DNA of 26,310 bases, from positions 1 through 26,310 of the IMG/VR virus record IMGVR_UViG_3300030330_000631; one strand, 5' to 3'. The notes beneath the pieces were generated by a model. The model had not been told where the DNA came from. It saw nothing but the letters and a program-made list of their open reading frames with translations, and ran no database searches. The first letter of the stretch is position 1, and every line of letters starts with the position of its first letter. The position numbers and the translations under genes are program-made. This document shows positions 1 through 7,426 of the stretch, piece after piece. The DNA comes from a virus (Duplodnaviria; Caudoviricetes).

Positions 1-86
1 TAGTGTCTGTTGTGACTGGTGCAATGACCGGAGCATTTGCTATCTGGTTAGGAAAGGAAACACATAATGAAAGCTCTATACGATAA
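1..86 (+). CDS. 3' end of a small membrane protein (holin-like), truncated by the window start
   Basis: Manual translation from position 3: VSVVTGAMTGAFAIWLGKETHNESSIR*, TAA at 84-86. Hydrophobic helix, located in the lysis cassette. Confidence 0.6.
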   Translation, partial: VSVVTGAMTGAFAIWLGKETHNESSIR

Positions 87-231
87 GTTAACAGATCGAC
101 AGAAGAAAACTATGGAGAAACATAGTAAGCATCATAGTAAGAAACATATGATGGCAATGACTAAGATGATGGTAAAAGGATCGTCGTTCACAGCGGCACA
201 TAAGAAAGCAAAGAAGATGGTGGGTAATTGA
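67..231 (+). CDS. Small basic His/Met-rich phage protein (54 aa)
   Basis: Not in the ORF track. MKALYDKLTDRQKKTMEKHSKHHSKKHMMAMTKMMVKGSSFTAAHKKAKKMVGN*. AAGGA upstream; stop overlaps the next start (TTGA). Confidence 0.7.
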   Translation: MKALYDKLTDRQKKTMEKHSKHHSKKHMMAMTKMMVKGSSFTAAHKKAKKMVGN

Positions 232-593
232 TATTCAAAGCACTACAACTTGTGGGTGGTATGGCATCTACATGGATAGAATCCAAAGCTGAATCACAGA
301 AACTTAACCTGGAGATAAAAAAGAAGCAGTTGACTGGAGATATTGACTGGGATTTGGAGGCTATGAAGGGTTCGCAGTCTTCTTGGAAGGACGAATACCT
401 TGTAATTTTATTTAGTATTCCTCTTATTCTTTGTTTCTGTGGTTCTTGGGGGAGAAACATTGTAGAACAGGGCTTCAGAGCCTTAGAAACGATGCCTGAG
501 TGGTATCAGGTAACTTTAGGTTGTATTGTAGCCGCCAGCTTTGGCATACGCTCAGTGACTAAATTCTTTGGGCTACGAAAGAATGGGAAATAA
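228..593 (+). CDS. Putative holin (GTA 3TM-holin-like)
   Basis: Hydrophobic segments YLVILFSIPLILCFCG and WYQVTLGCIVAASFGIR, SWKDE motif, basic C-terminus, directly upstream of the endolysin. Confidence 0.7.
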   Translation: MIFKALQLVGGMASTWIESKAESQKLNLEIKKKQLTGDIDWDLEAMKGSQSSWKDEYLVILFSIPLILCFCGSWGRNIVEQGFRALETMPEWYQVTLGCIVAASFGIRSVTKFFGLRKNGK

Positions 594-663
594 TTGGGAA
601 AAACGTCGTGAGAATCTTCGTTTACATAGGGACTGGGATATTAGAAATTTTAGGAGGTATAAT

Positions 664-1131
664 ATGGCTTTTAAATTATCACAAAGATCACTGGATAGAC
701 TGGATGGAGTACATCCTAAGCTTGTTGAGGTTGTTAAGAAAGCGATTGAGTATACTGATGTCGACTTTGGAGTAATCTATGGTGTTCGTGATTTAGAAAC
801 TCAAAAGAAACTATTTGATTCTGGCAAATCGCAGACAATGGCTAGTAAACATTTGATTCAGGAAGATGGGTATGCACACGCTGTTGACCTTATGGCTTAT
901 GATGGCAGTAATCCATCTTGGGATATTGTGGATTATGATAACATAGCTGATGCTATGCGTAAGGCGGCAAAAGAAGTTGGTATTGATTTGGTTTGGGGTG
1001 CGGCATGGCACAAGTTACTAACAGTATCACCGGATAGTGCAGAGGATTTGATGAATGACTACATCGACACAAGACGAAAAGAAAATAGACGACCCTTCAT
1101 CGATGGACCTCACTTCCAACTCCACACCTAG
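664..1131 (+). CDS. Endolysin, M15 family Zn peptidase (L-Ala-D-Glu peptidase-like)
   Basis: Motifs R..Q..L, SKH...HAVDL, WG..W and C-terminal DGPHFQL. AGGAGGT SD before ATG 664 (MAFKLSQRS); the ORF track start at 568 is probably too early. Confidence 0.9.
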   Translation: MAFKLSQRSLDRLDGVHPKLVEVVKKAIEYTDVDFGVIYGVRDLETQKKLFDSGKSQTMASKHLIQEDGYAHAVDLMAYDGSNPSWDIVDYDNIADAMRKAAKEVGIDLVWGAAWHKLLTVSPDSAEDLMNDYIDTRRKENRRPFIDGPHFQLHT

Positions 1132-1210
1132 TCAGTTAGCTTTTGACTTTGATGATTACGATGGGCCGCCAGAGTTGTGGCTAGAATACTTGTGGTCACT
1201 TCTTCCCTAG
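1103..1210 (+). CDS. Possible 35-aa acidic peptide
   Basis: MDLTSNSTPSQLAFDFDDYDGPPELWLEYLWSLLP*. Fills the gap between the convergent gene blocks; no clear SD. Confidence 0.3.
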   Translation: MDLTSNSTPSQLAFDFDDYDGPPELWLEYLWSLLP

Positions 1211-1459
1211 TTTACTATGAACTTCTTCTTCAAAATGTTTCACAAAAGCTTTGTCTATTTTATTAGGCTTTTTTGAGTTTCTTTCTGCAAGTATTTTTTC
1301 ATTATAATGATCTCGCCATTTCTTTTCTTCTCTTGTGTTAAGAAGAATATCAGCAACAGCTTCTCTTACTTCTTGTCTTATTCTTTCTCTGAATTTTTTA
1401 TTATCAAATAAAGAAAATCCTAATGCACCTATTATAAATTTTTCACTTACTTTTCCCAT
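1196..1459 (-). CDS. Hypothetical protein
   Basis: 87-aa ORF overlapping the upstream gene's stop; last gene of the - strand block. Confidence 0.65.
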   Translation of the reverse strand: MGKVSEKFIIGALGFSLFDNKKFRERIRQEVREAVADILLNTREEKKWRDHYNEKILAERNSKKPNKIDKAFVKHFEEEVHSKLGKK

Positions 1460-1659
1460 AGCTTTTTCCTTTCTATATATAAAGCAATGATATCTTCAAA
1501 GTTATCTGGTTTGCGAGGTGGTACTGTGCTGTAGATGTTGTATGCTTCAAAACATCTGTTTTCGTTATAGACTTGTTCGCTTAGTTTCTGACATTCTCTT
1601 GCAGACTCGAGATCAATAGTCAGCATGAGAATGATAGTGTGTGTCATCTTTTCTATCAT
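1447..1659 (-). CDS. Hypothetical protein (70 aa)
   Basis: Start reassigned to ATG 1659 (MIEKMTH...), preceded by GGAGATAACT. Confidence 0.65.
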   Translation of the reverse strand: MIEKMTHTIILMLTIDLESARECQKLSEQVYNENRCFEAYNIYSTVPPRKPDNFEDIIALYIERKKLWEK

Positions 1660-1679
1660 AGTTATCTCCGCTGGTAAAA

Positions 1680-1719
1680 CTAGGAGGTCTGGCAAGCAGA
1701 GCAGTATTAGACCTCCTAG
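1680..1719 (-). terminator. Perfect 11-bp hairpin with 18-nt loop, terminator-like
   Basis: CTAGGAGGTCT (1680-1690) pairs with AGACCTCCTAG (1709-1719); followed by TTTT on the - strand, downstream of ssb. Confidence 0.55.
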
Positions 1720-1722
1720 CAT

Positions 1723-1765
1723 GTTTTAGGATTAGTTTATTTGGAGAAAACTATGTTCCTAAAAC
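1723..1765 (-). ncRNA. Candidate antisense (anti-RBS) RNA hairpin in the ssb 3' end
   Basis: - strand: GTTTTAGGA-ACA-TAGTTT-[TCTCCAAAT]-AAACTA-A-TCCTAAAAC. Contains CATAGTTTTCTCCAA, complementary to the RBS plus ATG of the genes starting at 6537, 3496, 7202 and 1659. Confidence 0.55.
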
Positions 1766-2142
1766 GGTATTTCATCATCTTGAAGTTCTTTGTCAATATT
1801 ATTTTGGTCTGCTGATGCTCTTTTTTCTGTAACCTCGAGCGATAATATTTGACCAGCTTTCGAGTCTTTTAGCCAAGCGGCAATACGCTTCTCTCCAGAG
1901 TTAACACCTATTACACCAGATATCTGTGGTGCTGATGGATTGTCTGAGGAGTTATCCCACATGCGTCCTACTTTAACATACACATCTCGAACAACTGTTC
2001 CGTCTGGCATTGTATCTCTTGTGATAGCAATACGCTTTTCCTCACCATCATCATTAAGAGTACCAGTACCAATCAGACTAAGATTTGTTTTTGTCTGCAT
2101 GTAAAGCACACCTTTGTTATTGTTATCGTATTGTTGATCCAT
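1759..2142 (-). CDS. Single-stranded DNA-binding protein (phage type)
   Basis: Acidic C-terminal tail LQDDEIPF, beta-rich body, AGGAGGT SD, follows the exonuclease and annealing-protein genes. Confidence 0.75.
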   Translation of the reverse strand: MDQQYDNNNKGVLYMQTKTNLSLIGTGTLNDDGEEKRIAITRDTMPDGTVVRDVYVKVGRMWDNSSDNPSAPQISGVIGVNSGEKRIAAWLKDSKAGQILSLEVTEKRASADQNNIDKELQDDEIPF

Positions 2143-2153
2143 ATTACCTCCTA

Positions 2154-2657
2154 TTAAATTAATGGATTTTTAGTATTTTTATTATTTCCAGGCTCATACT
2201 TATTGCCGTCATATTTACCAAGAAACATATCTGCATCACATCCTATGTGCGATAGAGCTTTTGTTAGGGCATCGGTCATTGCTGATTTAGTAGCTTCTTC
2301 ATCACTAATTCTTCTGACTAAAGGCTTGCCATTAACTTGTGCATTAGAAATAAATGTTCGACACCCAGCAACTGGTCCAAATTTATTTTCTGGTAGAGTA
2401 TGCCAAACAGTGACACGCGCAACTACCATCATCACATCAGCATGACATGGATAATCATACTCGACATCATATCCCCATCCCATACCAACTGGACCAAATG
2501 TTTCTGTCATCTTTTTAATCTGATACTGAGCATCAACAGTATTAAAAGATCGAGAGCCTATACTTACTTTCTTCATATGCTTCTGATCTGTTTCGCATAT
2601 TGCGTTCCATATAGCCATTCTATCTTCATACAGCTTTGATTTTTCTATCTTACTCAT
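2154..2657 (-). CDS. Single-strand annealing protein, Rad52/Sak-like
   Basis: Motifs MTETFGPVGMGWGY and EATKSAMTDALTKALSHIGCDAD; located between the YqaJ and SSB genes. Confidence 0.75.
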   Translation of the reverse strand: MSKIEKSKLYEDRMAIWNAICETDQKHMKKVSIGSRSFNTVDAQYQIKKMTETFGPVGMGWGYDVEYDYPCHADVMMVVARVTVWHTLPENKFGPVAGCRTFISNAQVNGKPLVRRISDEEATKSAMTDALTKALSHIGCDADMFLGKYDGNKYEPGNNKNTKNPLI

Positions 2658-3496
2658 GCTTGCTCCTTTACTTTAATAGTTCTTCTTTTGTCGGTTATGT
2701 TTACAGTTAATAAACTACAATCCATCTGGTATACATCAGGTGGTATGTGGCTCATCAATCTCTTCTTGGCTGACTCGTTCTTCTTTGCAGACTCGAGCGT
2801 ATCTACATAGTCATGCGCGTCTGACATCCACTCGTTGTCTCTGTTCATATCCATCTTGACCTTCCTATCAATCGCGATGCTTGAGATATCTGGGGTCACC
2901 GCATCACGATTGCTAGGAGGTTTCTTCTTGACTACATGTTTCCAAAACTCTTGAATTTTACCAAGCATTTTGTATGAGTATTCTGGGTCGTATGCAATAT
3001 GCTTTGACTCCCATTTACTGTTGCCAAATATAACAGATAAGAAACATCCATCTGGTTTGTAGTTGTACTCTTCACAATGTTTATTATGTAAGTGCATATA
3101 GAACTGTATCTGTGGCATGTATCTCTCGATAACATCAGTCATGTTTGTAAACGCATTGGTGTGCTTTGCTTCTACAATGTAGCTTTTATTTGCGCTGTCT
3201 ACACACATCATGTCTGCTGTACCTTTGAGGGGTACATAGCCATCATCGTATCTGAACTCAAATTGAAGTTCACGCTCTGTACCAGCCATTGCATAGCCAG
3301 GTGAGTACGATTGCACCCACCAGTCGAGATTGAACTGCTCTGTGTGTACACCCAGCTGAACAGCTAGCACCTCTGATAAATCTTCTGGTTCTGTAAGCCC
3401 TACCTTCTCTTGGTACAGCTCCAGCCACTCTCCATTCATAATTCTGATAGCATCTGTGCCACCGATAAAATCTTTTCTATCGTTAATGATTCCCAT
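2654..3496 (-). CDS. YqaJ/lambda-exonuclease-like recombination nuclease
   Basis: R..FIGGTDA..I, LYQEK.G, G.H.E, GTAD...IVEAK and YMPQIQFYM motifs; SD AAGGAG. Confidence 0.9.
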   Translation of the reverse strand: MGIINDRKDFIGGTDAIRIMNGEWLELYQEKVGLTEPEDLSEVLAVQLGVHTEQFNLDWWVQSYSPGYAMAGTERELQFEFRYDDGYVPLKGTADMMCVDSANKSYIVEAKHTNAFTNMTDVIERYMPQIQFYMHLHNKHCEEYNYKPDGCFLSVIFGNSKWESKHIAYDPEYSYKMLGKIQEFWKHVVKKKPPSNRDAVTPDISSIAIDRKVKMDMNRDNEWMSDAHDYVDTLESAKKNESAKKRLMSHIPPDVYQMDCSLLTVNITDKRRTIKVKEQA

Positions 3497-3520
3497 AGTT
3501 TTCTCCTTATTTATATGGCT

Positions 3521-3549
3521 ATATTAGTTTCACTTCTGCAACTCGTCAA
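3521..3549 (-). promoter_or_regulatory. Sigma70-type promoter for the exo-SSAP-SSB operon
   Basis: TTGACG (3549-3544), 17-nt spacer, TAATAT (3526-3521), about 25 nt upstream of ATG 3496. Confidence 0.65.
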
Positions 3550-4015
3550 CTTTATTCTGGAACAATTCGAGATAAATTTTACGCATCTCATACTCTTTCT
3601 TTACCAAAGCGTAAACATCAGAGTAAGGTGGTAGAATACGAAAACTTTTAATAGATTGATTGTAGATATGCATAATGCAATCTGCTGGTAAATCTATCAA
3701 ACTCTCGATCATAATATCTACACGCGTACTACACTCATCCATACTCGTTTCATAAGGACGCTGGAACAAGTACTTCCATCGAGAGAACAACTGCTCAACT
3801 CTCTCTCTTTTGTGTGGTGTTAGATATGCTTCGATATTTGCAACGGCGGCAATGGCATCAGAAAGTTTATCGACCTCGATGTTAATACCATTTACGCGAA
3901 CAGTGGATAACGCATTGAGTTCACGAACCATTTGTGCATTTGCTTTTGATGGATCACGAAAAGAAAGAAGAGTAGCGACATTGCCACCCTCACTGATTGA
4001 TACGACTTTAGACAT
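3530..4015 (-). CDS. Hypothetical protein (possibly helicase-loader-like)
   Basis: 161 aa, SD AAGGAG, coupled start (TAATG). The L.DLP.D...F...P...V pattern is only loosely reminiscent of phage loader proteins. Confidence 0.7.
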   Translation of the reverse strand: MSKVVSISEGGNVATLLSFRDPSKANAQMVRELNALSTVRVNGINIEVDKLSDAIAAVANIEAYLTPHKRERVEQLFSRWKYLFQRPYETSMDECSTRVDIMIESLIDLPADCIMHIYNQSIKSFRILPPYSDVYALVKKEYEMRKIYLELFQNKVDELQK

Positions 4016-4347
4016 TAGTTCTCCTTATTTATTAAATTTTTAAATGTTGATTCCCATACTCGGTCACTAATTACTACACAGTATCGAGGGTCGCCAGTCT
4101 TCCGCTTGCATACTGCGATATCCCTATCTTCAAGAAGATTAAATACATTTGGAAAAGAACTCTTATCTCGATACTTTACTTCTACAAAGAGAACCTGACC
4201 ATCAATCTCGATAGTCAAATCCCCTTTGTATTCACCACCTAAACTGCCCGATAGTGGTTGTTTCTTTGTCTTTATACCTAAGTTATTCCATAGCTTTAGA
4301 AACCATCGTTCGTGATAGCTTCCTTTTGCTTTATTTTTGCTAACCAT
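4015..4347 (-). CDS. Holliday junction resolvase, Hjc-like PD-(D/E)xK nuclease
   Basis: N-terminal K.KG..HER, SGS.GG, GDL...VEVK; SD GAGGAGG. Confidence 0.85.
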   Translation of the reverse strand: MVSKNKAKGSYHERWFLKLWNNLGIKTKKQPLSGSLGGEYKGDLTIEIDGQVLFVEVKYRDKSSFPNVFNLLEDRDIAVCKRKTGDPRYCVVISDRVWESTFKNLINKEN

Positions 4348-4526
4348 GTATCCTCCTCATAGCACTTGTGACATATCAAACTGCTCTTATATAGAAAGAC
4401 TACAAAGTATTGAGTCTGTTGACCACAAGCATCACATCTTTGCCATGCTCTTTGCACCTCTCCTTTATTTTTTTTGGAGCGTCGCAAGTTGGTCAATAGC
4501 TCTTTCAATCTTGATAGCAGTGTCAT
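4296..4526 (-). CDS. Small Zn-finger protein (start uncertain)
   Basis: CDAC...CHKC pair; fills the gap between the HTH and resolvase genes and overlaps both. Confidence 0.55.
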   Translation of the reverse strand: MTLLSRLKELLTNLRRSKKNKGEVQRAWQRCDACGQQTQYFVVFLYKSSLICHKCYEEDTWLAKIKQKEAITNDGF

Positions 4527-4656
4527 ATCTTAGTTCAGTGCCTTTTAGTTGTCTGTAGTAGGTAGTCTTTGATAGACCAGCCCAGTTAAAAGCATCACGC
4601 AAACTGACCTTCTGATTCTCTGATTGAATTGTTAGCTGTTCCAAATAACTTTTCAT
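4465..4656 (-). CDS. Cro/XRE-like HTH DNA-binding protein
   Basis: 63 aa; SLRDAFNWAGLSKTTYYR HTH followed by a recognition-type segment LRYDTAIKI. Confidence 0.75.
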   Translation of the reverse strand: MKSYLEQLTIQSENQKVSLRDAFNWAGLSKTTYYRQLKGTELRYDTAIKIERAIDQLATLQKK

Positions 4657-4987
4657 AGAGAATAGGTCTACTACGCTTTGCTTGTAAAGACAAGTATCTA
4701 TTGATTGTTTTGTTACCTAATGCGGTAATAAAATATTTTCTGACTAGTCCAGGTGCTTTTGGATTGGCATACAGTATGCGTTCATTATCTTGCATCTGTA
4801 CTGATATGATAAATCCATAGCGATGCTCGAGCTGGTGTAACGTCGTGCTGATTGTTCCATGCTTGAGATCAGGCAGCTCTTTCCGAAAAGTAGAATATGA
4901 TATTCTTGGTGGTTTTGGGTTTGACTTATCTGTATATAGTTTTACTGTAGCTAATATACGAACTTGATTAGACGTTAGTTTTTTCAT
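4595..4987 (-). CDS. Winged-helix DNA-binding protein
   Basis: Start at MKKLTSNQ (GAAGGA SD). LT..Q..IL start, GTISTTLHQLE..GFI helix, RKYFITALG wing. Confidence 0.7.
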   Translation of the reverse strand: MKKLTSNQVRILATVKLYTDKSNPKPPRISYSTFRKELPDLKHGTISTTLHQLEHRYGFIISVQMQDNERILYANPKAPGLVRKYFITALGNKTINRYLSLQAKRSRPILYEKLFGTANNSIRESEGQFA

Positions 4988-5007
4988 GTTATAGTATCCT
5001 TCAAACT

Positions 5008-5086
5008 GGGGAGGCTCCGACACCTCCCCTTTTTTGTATCAGACCACGCTGGTTACTGGATGGTGGTTTGTGCCAGAACTGATACA
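5008..5086. other. Two adjacent intergenic stem-loops
   Basis: GGGGAGG/CCTCCCC (5008-5029) followed by T6 on +. TGTATCAG/CTGATACA (5035-5086) encloses ACCAC/GTGGT. Confidence 0.55.
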
Positions 5087-5088
5087 TG

Positions 5089-5280
5089 TTATGGTTGCAT
5101 TGCTTTTTCAGTTAGGTTTTCAATAACCAAGTCCATTAGAACTTCCATCGGGACATTAGTTGTTTTGATACCTACTTCATCACAATAGTTTAGAAGATCA
5201 AGGCAAGGCATTGCGTTTACCTTATCCTCGATCTCTTCTAGTATGATAGTATTAATTGGATGTGACATCATCGCTCCCAT
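5089..5280 (-). CDS. Hypothetical protein
   Basis: About 60 aa in the tightly packed - strand operon; true start may be 5271 or 5268 (GGAG SD). Confidence 0.6.
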   Translation of the reverse strand: MGAMMSHPINTIILEEIEDKVNAMPCLDLLNYCDEVGIKTTNVPMEVLMDLVIENLTEKAMQP

Positions 5281-5527
5281 AATGTATTTTCCGACCAGCT
5301 ACTTTGTCTTCACCATTGGTCGGTATATTGGTTTCATTTCTAGTGTCGTCTACAAATGCATAGTAGTCTACGATTTCTTTGATTGCATCTTTGACTCTTT
5401 CGATATCATAACGAACACTACTTGATGGTATACGCTGTTTATCTTCTGATAATGATTCATAGAACAGCATATCTCTGCGTAGTCTTTCTTCAAGTGTTAC
5501 CATTTCTTTACCTCTTATTGTTTTCAT
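5252..5527 (-). CDS. Hypothetical protein
   Basis: Coupled to the upstream stop (TAATG); alternative start 5503 with GAGGT SD. Confidence 0.6.
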   Translation of the reverse strand: MKTIRGKEMVTLEERLRRDMLFYESLSEDKQRIPSSSVRYDIERVKDAIKEIVDYYAFVDDTRNETNIPTNGEDKVAGRKIHYGSDDVTSN

Positions 5528-5859
5528 TAGAATAGTTCCTTCTGTTGTGGCTCATCGCCTAGTTTTTGTTTTAAGCTGGACAGAAACTCCTCATTGCTAG
5601 TTGGTTCATCACAATGAGTTGTGCCGCCGTAATGCTCTGATCTACGCGCCAGCATGTACGAGCGATACCCAGTTTCTGTCAGCGGACTCTTTACTTGATT
5701 ACCATTTACATCGGTTACATTGAGTTCAAAGTGATCTACTACATAGGGCATACCATGCTCTGAATAGTTTAGATAATCACGACAAACTCGCACACTGTGT
5801 GTCAATTTATTCCACACAAATGTTCCTACATTCTCAAAAGCTTTCTGCATATTTTGCAT
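5527..5859 (-). CDS. Hypothetical protein with PLTETGYRS motif and C-terminal QKELF
   Basis: 110 aa, operonic position; the C-terminus resembles a beta-clamp-binding motif. Confidence 0.7.
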   Translation of the reverse strand: MQNMQKAFENVGTFVWNKLTHSVRVCRDYLNYSEHGMPYVVDHFELNVTDVNGNQVKSPLTETGYRSYMLARRSEHYGGTTHCDEPTSNEEFLSSLKQKLGDEPQQKELF

Positions 5860-6175
5860 AATCCTTTTGCCAGAATGGTTTCATCATAGGAGCTACAGAT
5901 TGACCAGCAAGCTCAGCATTCATAGTCATCTTTAGATCTTTCTCATAGTCTTTACGAAACATATATCTTGCAAAGTGAACACCGTTTTTTGTTTCTCTGA
6001 TTGCTATGATGTCTGCTCCGTTTGTATTTAAATCATGGATTCTCGATGCGAGTCGCCGACAACCGAAACCTAAAGCTTCTTTGTCTGTTATAGATCCGTG
6101 TAGTCTTATAGATGCAAGAACTAATCCGCATTGCGAATCAGCCCTCGGTTCAATGAAGTATTTCTCATTGGTCAT
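5834..6175 (-). CDS. Phage winged-HTH protein (HTH_39-like)
   Basis: Q...VL....HGSIT..EA..FGC.RLASRIHDL...G.DI pattern; GGAGGT SD. Confidence 0.75.
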   Translation of the reverse strand: MTNEKYFIEPRADSQCGLVLASIRLHGSITDKEALGFGCRRLASRIHDLNTNGADIIAIRETKNGVHFARYMFRKDYEKDLKMTMNAELAGQSVAPMMKPFWQKDYAKYAESF

Positions 6176-6537
6176 TAGTTTACCTCCGTTGTAAATTGTA
6201 ATTCCTGGACTGGTGAATCAGGTCCACTTTCGATATGAATATCAAGTGTACGACATAACTCCGGTGCATACACTCTCTCAAGCGTATTGATTACATTATC
6301 TTTCTTGTCGTAAAACTTAATTGTATAGTCATCAGCCCAAGTAAGATCAACGTCAACACGACCTTGATGCTTGAATCCATTGGTATTCATTTTGATACCA
6401 GCTCTTCTTTCTTTTGATTCTGGTAATGCAAAACAGTTCATACCTACGATAACTCCCCAGCAGTTCATTGCATTTGGATCTGCATACTGAATCTGTCGTA
6501 GTATTTCTTTAGCGTAATAAAATGTTTGATCGTTCAT
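6175..6537 (-). CDS. Hypothetical early protein
   Basis: Start at MNDQTF, preceded by TTGGAGAAAACT; L.WADDY.I motif. Confidence 0.75.
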   Translation of the reverse strand: MNDQTFYYAKEILRQIQYADPNAMNCWGVIVGMNCFALPESKERRAGIKMNTNGFKHQGRVDVDLTWADDYTIKFYDKKDNVINTLERVYAPELCRTLDIHIESGPDSPVQELQFTTEVN

Positions 6538-6570
6538 AGTTTTCTCCAATTCTAATTATAGATTAATTTT

Positions 6571-6930
6571 TTAACAAAAGCCACTCTTTACTCTGTACAA
6601 TCCATTGATGTATCTTGTTTGAAAATCAACATACCATCTCATGAATGTATCGTTTGTAACCATACTTCTTACATAACCTGATTCATGTTCAGATTCTTCA
6701 TCGCCATATCTGGCTCTCCAACACCAACAGGCTTGACCATATGATTTGTCTACATAAAAGTATATATCAACTACATCATAATTATTGTTCCAATGCTTAC
6801 AGCTGGCATAAAACAAATCATCATAATCTAGTTCTTCTTTGAACTGTGGTTTGAACTGAATGACCTTGTAAGGAATTAACTTTTTAGAATTAGCCATTGC
6901 AAGTTTTGGTGTGTACTTAATCATGTTCAT
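6571..6930 (-). CDS. Hypothetical early protein
   Basis: 119 aa, GGAG SD. Confidence 0.65.
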   Translation of the reverse strand: MNMIKYTPKLAMANSKKLIPYKVIQFKPQFKEELDYDDLFYASCKHWNNNYDVVDIYFYVDKSYGQACWCWRARYGDEESEHESGYVRSMVTNDTFMRWYVDFQTRYINGLYRVKSGFC

Positions 6931-6941
6931 ATCTCACTCCA

Positions 6942-7202
6942 TTAATCAGCAATATGTTTATATTTATTTTTATAAAGATACCAAAAAACACCAGCCATCA
7001 TCGCATCAGCTAGTCTTTTATATGAATGTGATCGCCGTGTTTTGTTACAGAAAACTTCCCAAACAATTTTACCATTTTTCATCACATCCCATATCTGGAT
7101 ATCTCCATCTTGTTTCAAACGATAATACTCAATACTAGTAAACTCATCATCATACATATGATCTACACCATAATGTTTATATACTTCACTAAGCTTTATC
7201 AT
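6942..7202 (-). CDS. Hypothetical early protein (86 aa)
   Basis: Start at MIKLSEV, preceded by TGGAGAGAACT. Confidence 0.65.
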   Translation of the reverse strand: MIKLSEVYKHYGVDHMYDDEFTSIEYYRLKQDGDIQIWDVMKNGKIVWEVFCNKTRRSHSYKRLADAMMAGVFWYLYKNKYKHIAD

Positions 7203-7228
7203 AGTTCTCTCCATTAAATTTATAACAC

Positions 7229-7316
7229 CTCGAAAAGCACTACGATTTCCAAGCGTCAAGGTCGCAACGCGCCGAAGGGAAACCTTGATGCGAGATGGAA
7301 ATCATGTGCTATCGAG
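7229..7316 (+). promoter_or_regulatory. Long imperfect hairpin with T-shaped end; candidate single-strand promoter or origin element
   Basis: Stems CTCGA/TCGAG, AGCAC/GTGCT, GATTTCCA/TGGAAATC and GCGTCAAGGT/ACCTTGATGC, capped by CGC-AAC-GCG and CC-GAA-GG. The structure is seen directly; the function is inferred. Confidence 0.55.
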
Positions 7317-7426
7317 ATCAAATTTTGATTATCAAATCATTCATGAACTTGCGTAAATATCATTGCGCTGGCGCGGCAACACTCTCGCTAACGCGACCCC
7401 CCACCGATGTAGTGAGTGAGTGTGCT

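Noticed and set aside
568-663. In-frame N-terminal extension of the endolysin (ATG 568 or 583)
   Set aside because: The strong SD sits at ATG 664 and the extension is charged, not a signal or SAR sequence.
1753-1815. + strand 20-aa hydrophobic ORF (MFLKRYFIILKFFVNIILVC) with a perfect-looking RBS
   Set aside because: It is antisense to the acidic SSB tail, which makes it hydrophobic automatically, and I see no promoter for it. Kept only as the alternative explanation for the anti-RBS hairpin.
5035-5086. Possible hammerhead ribozyme (CTGATA)
   Set aside because: The CUGANGA and GAAA core is not complete on either strand.
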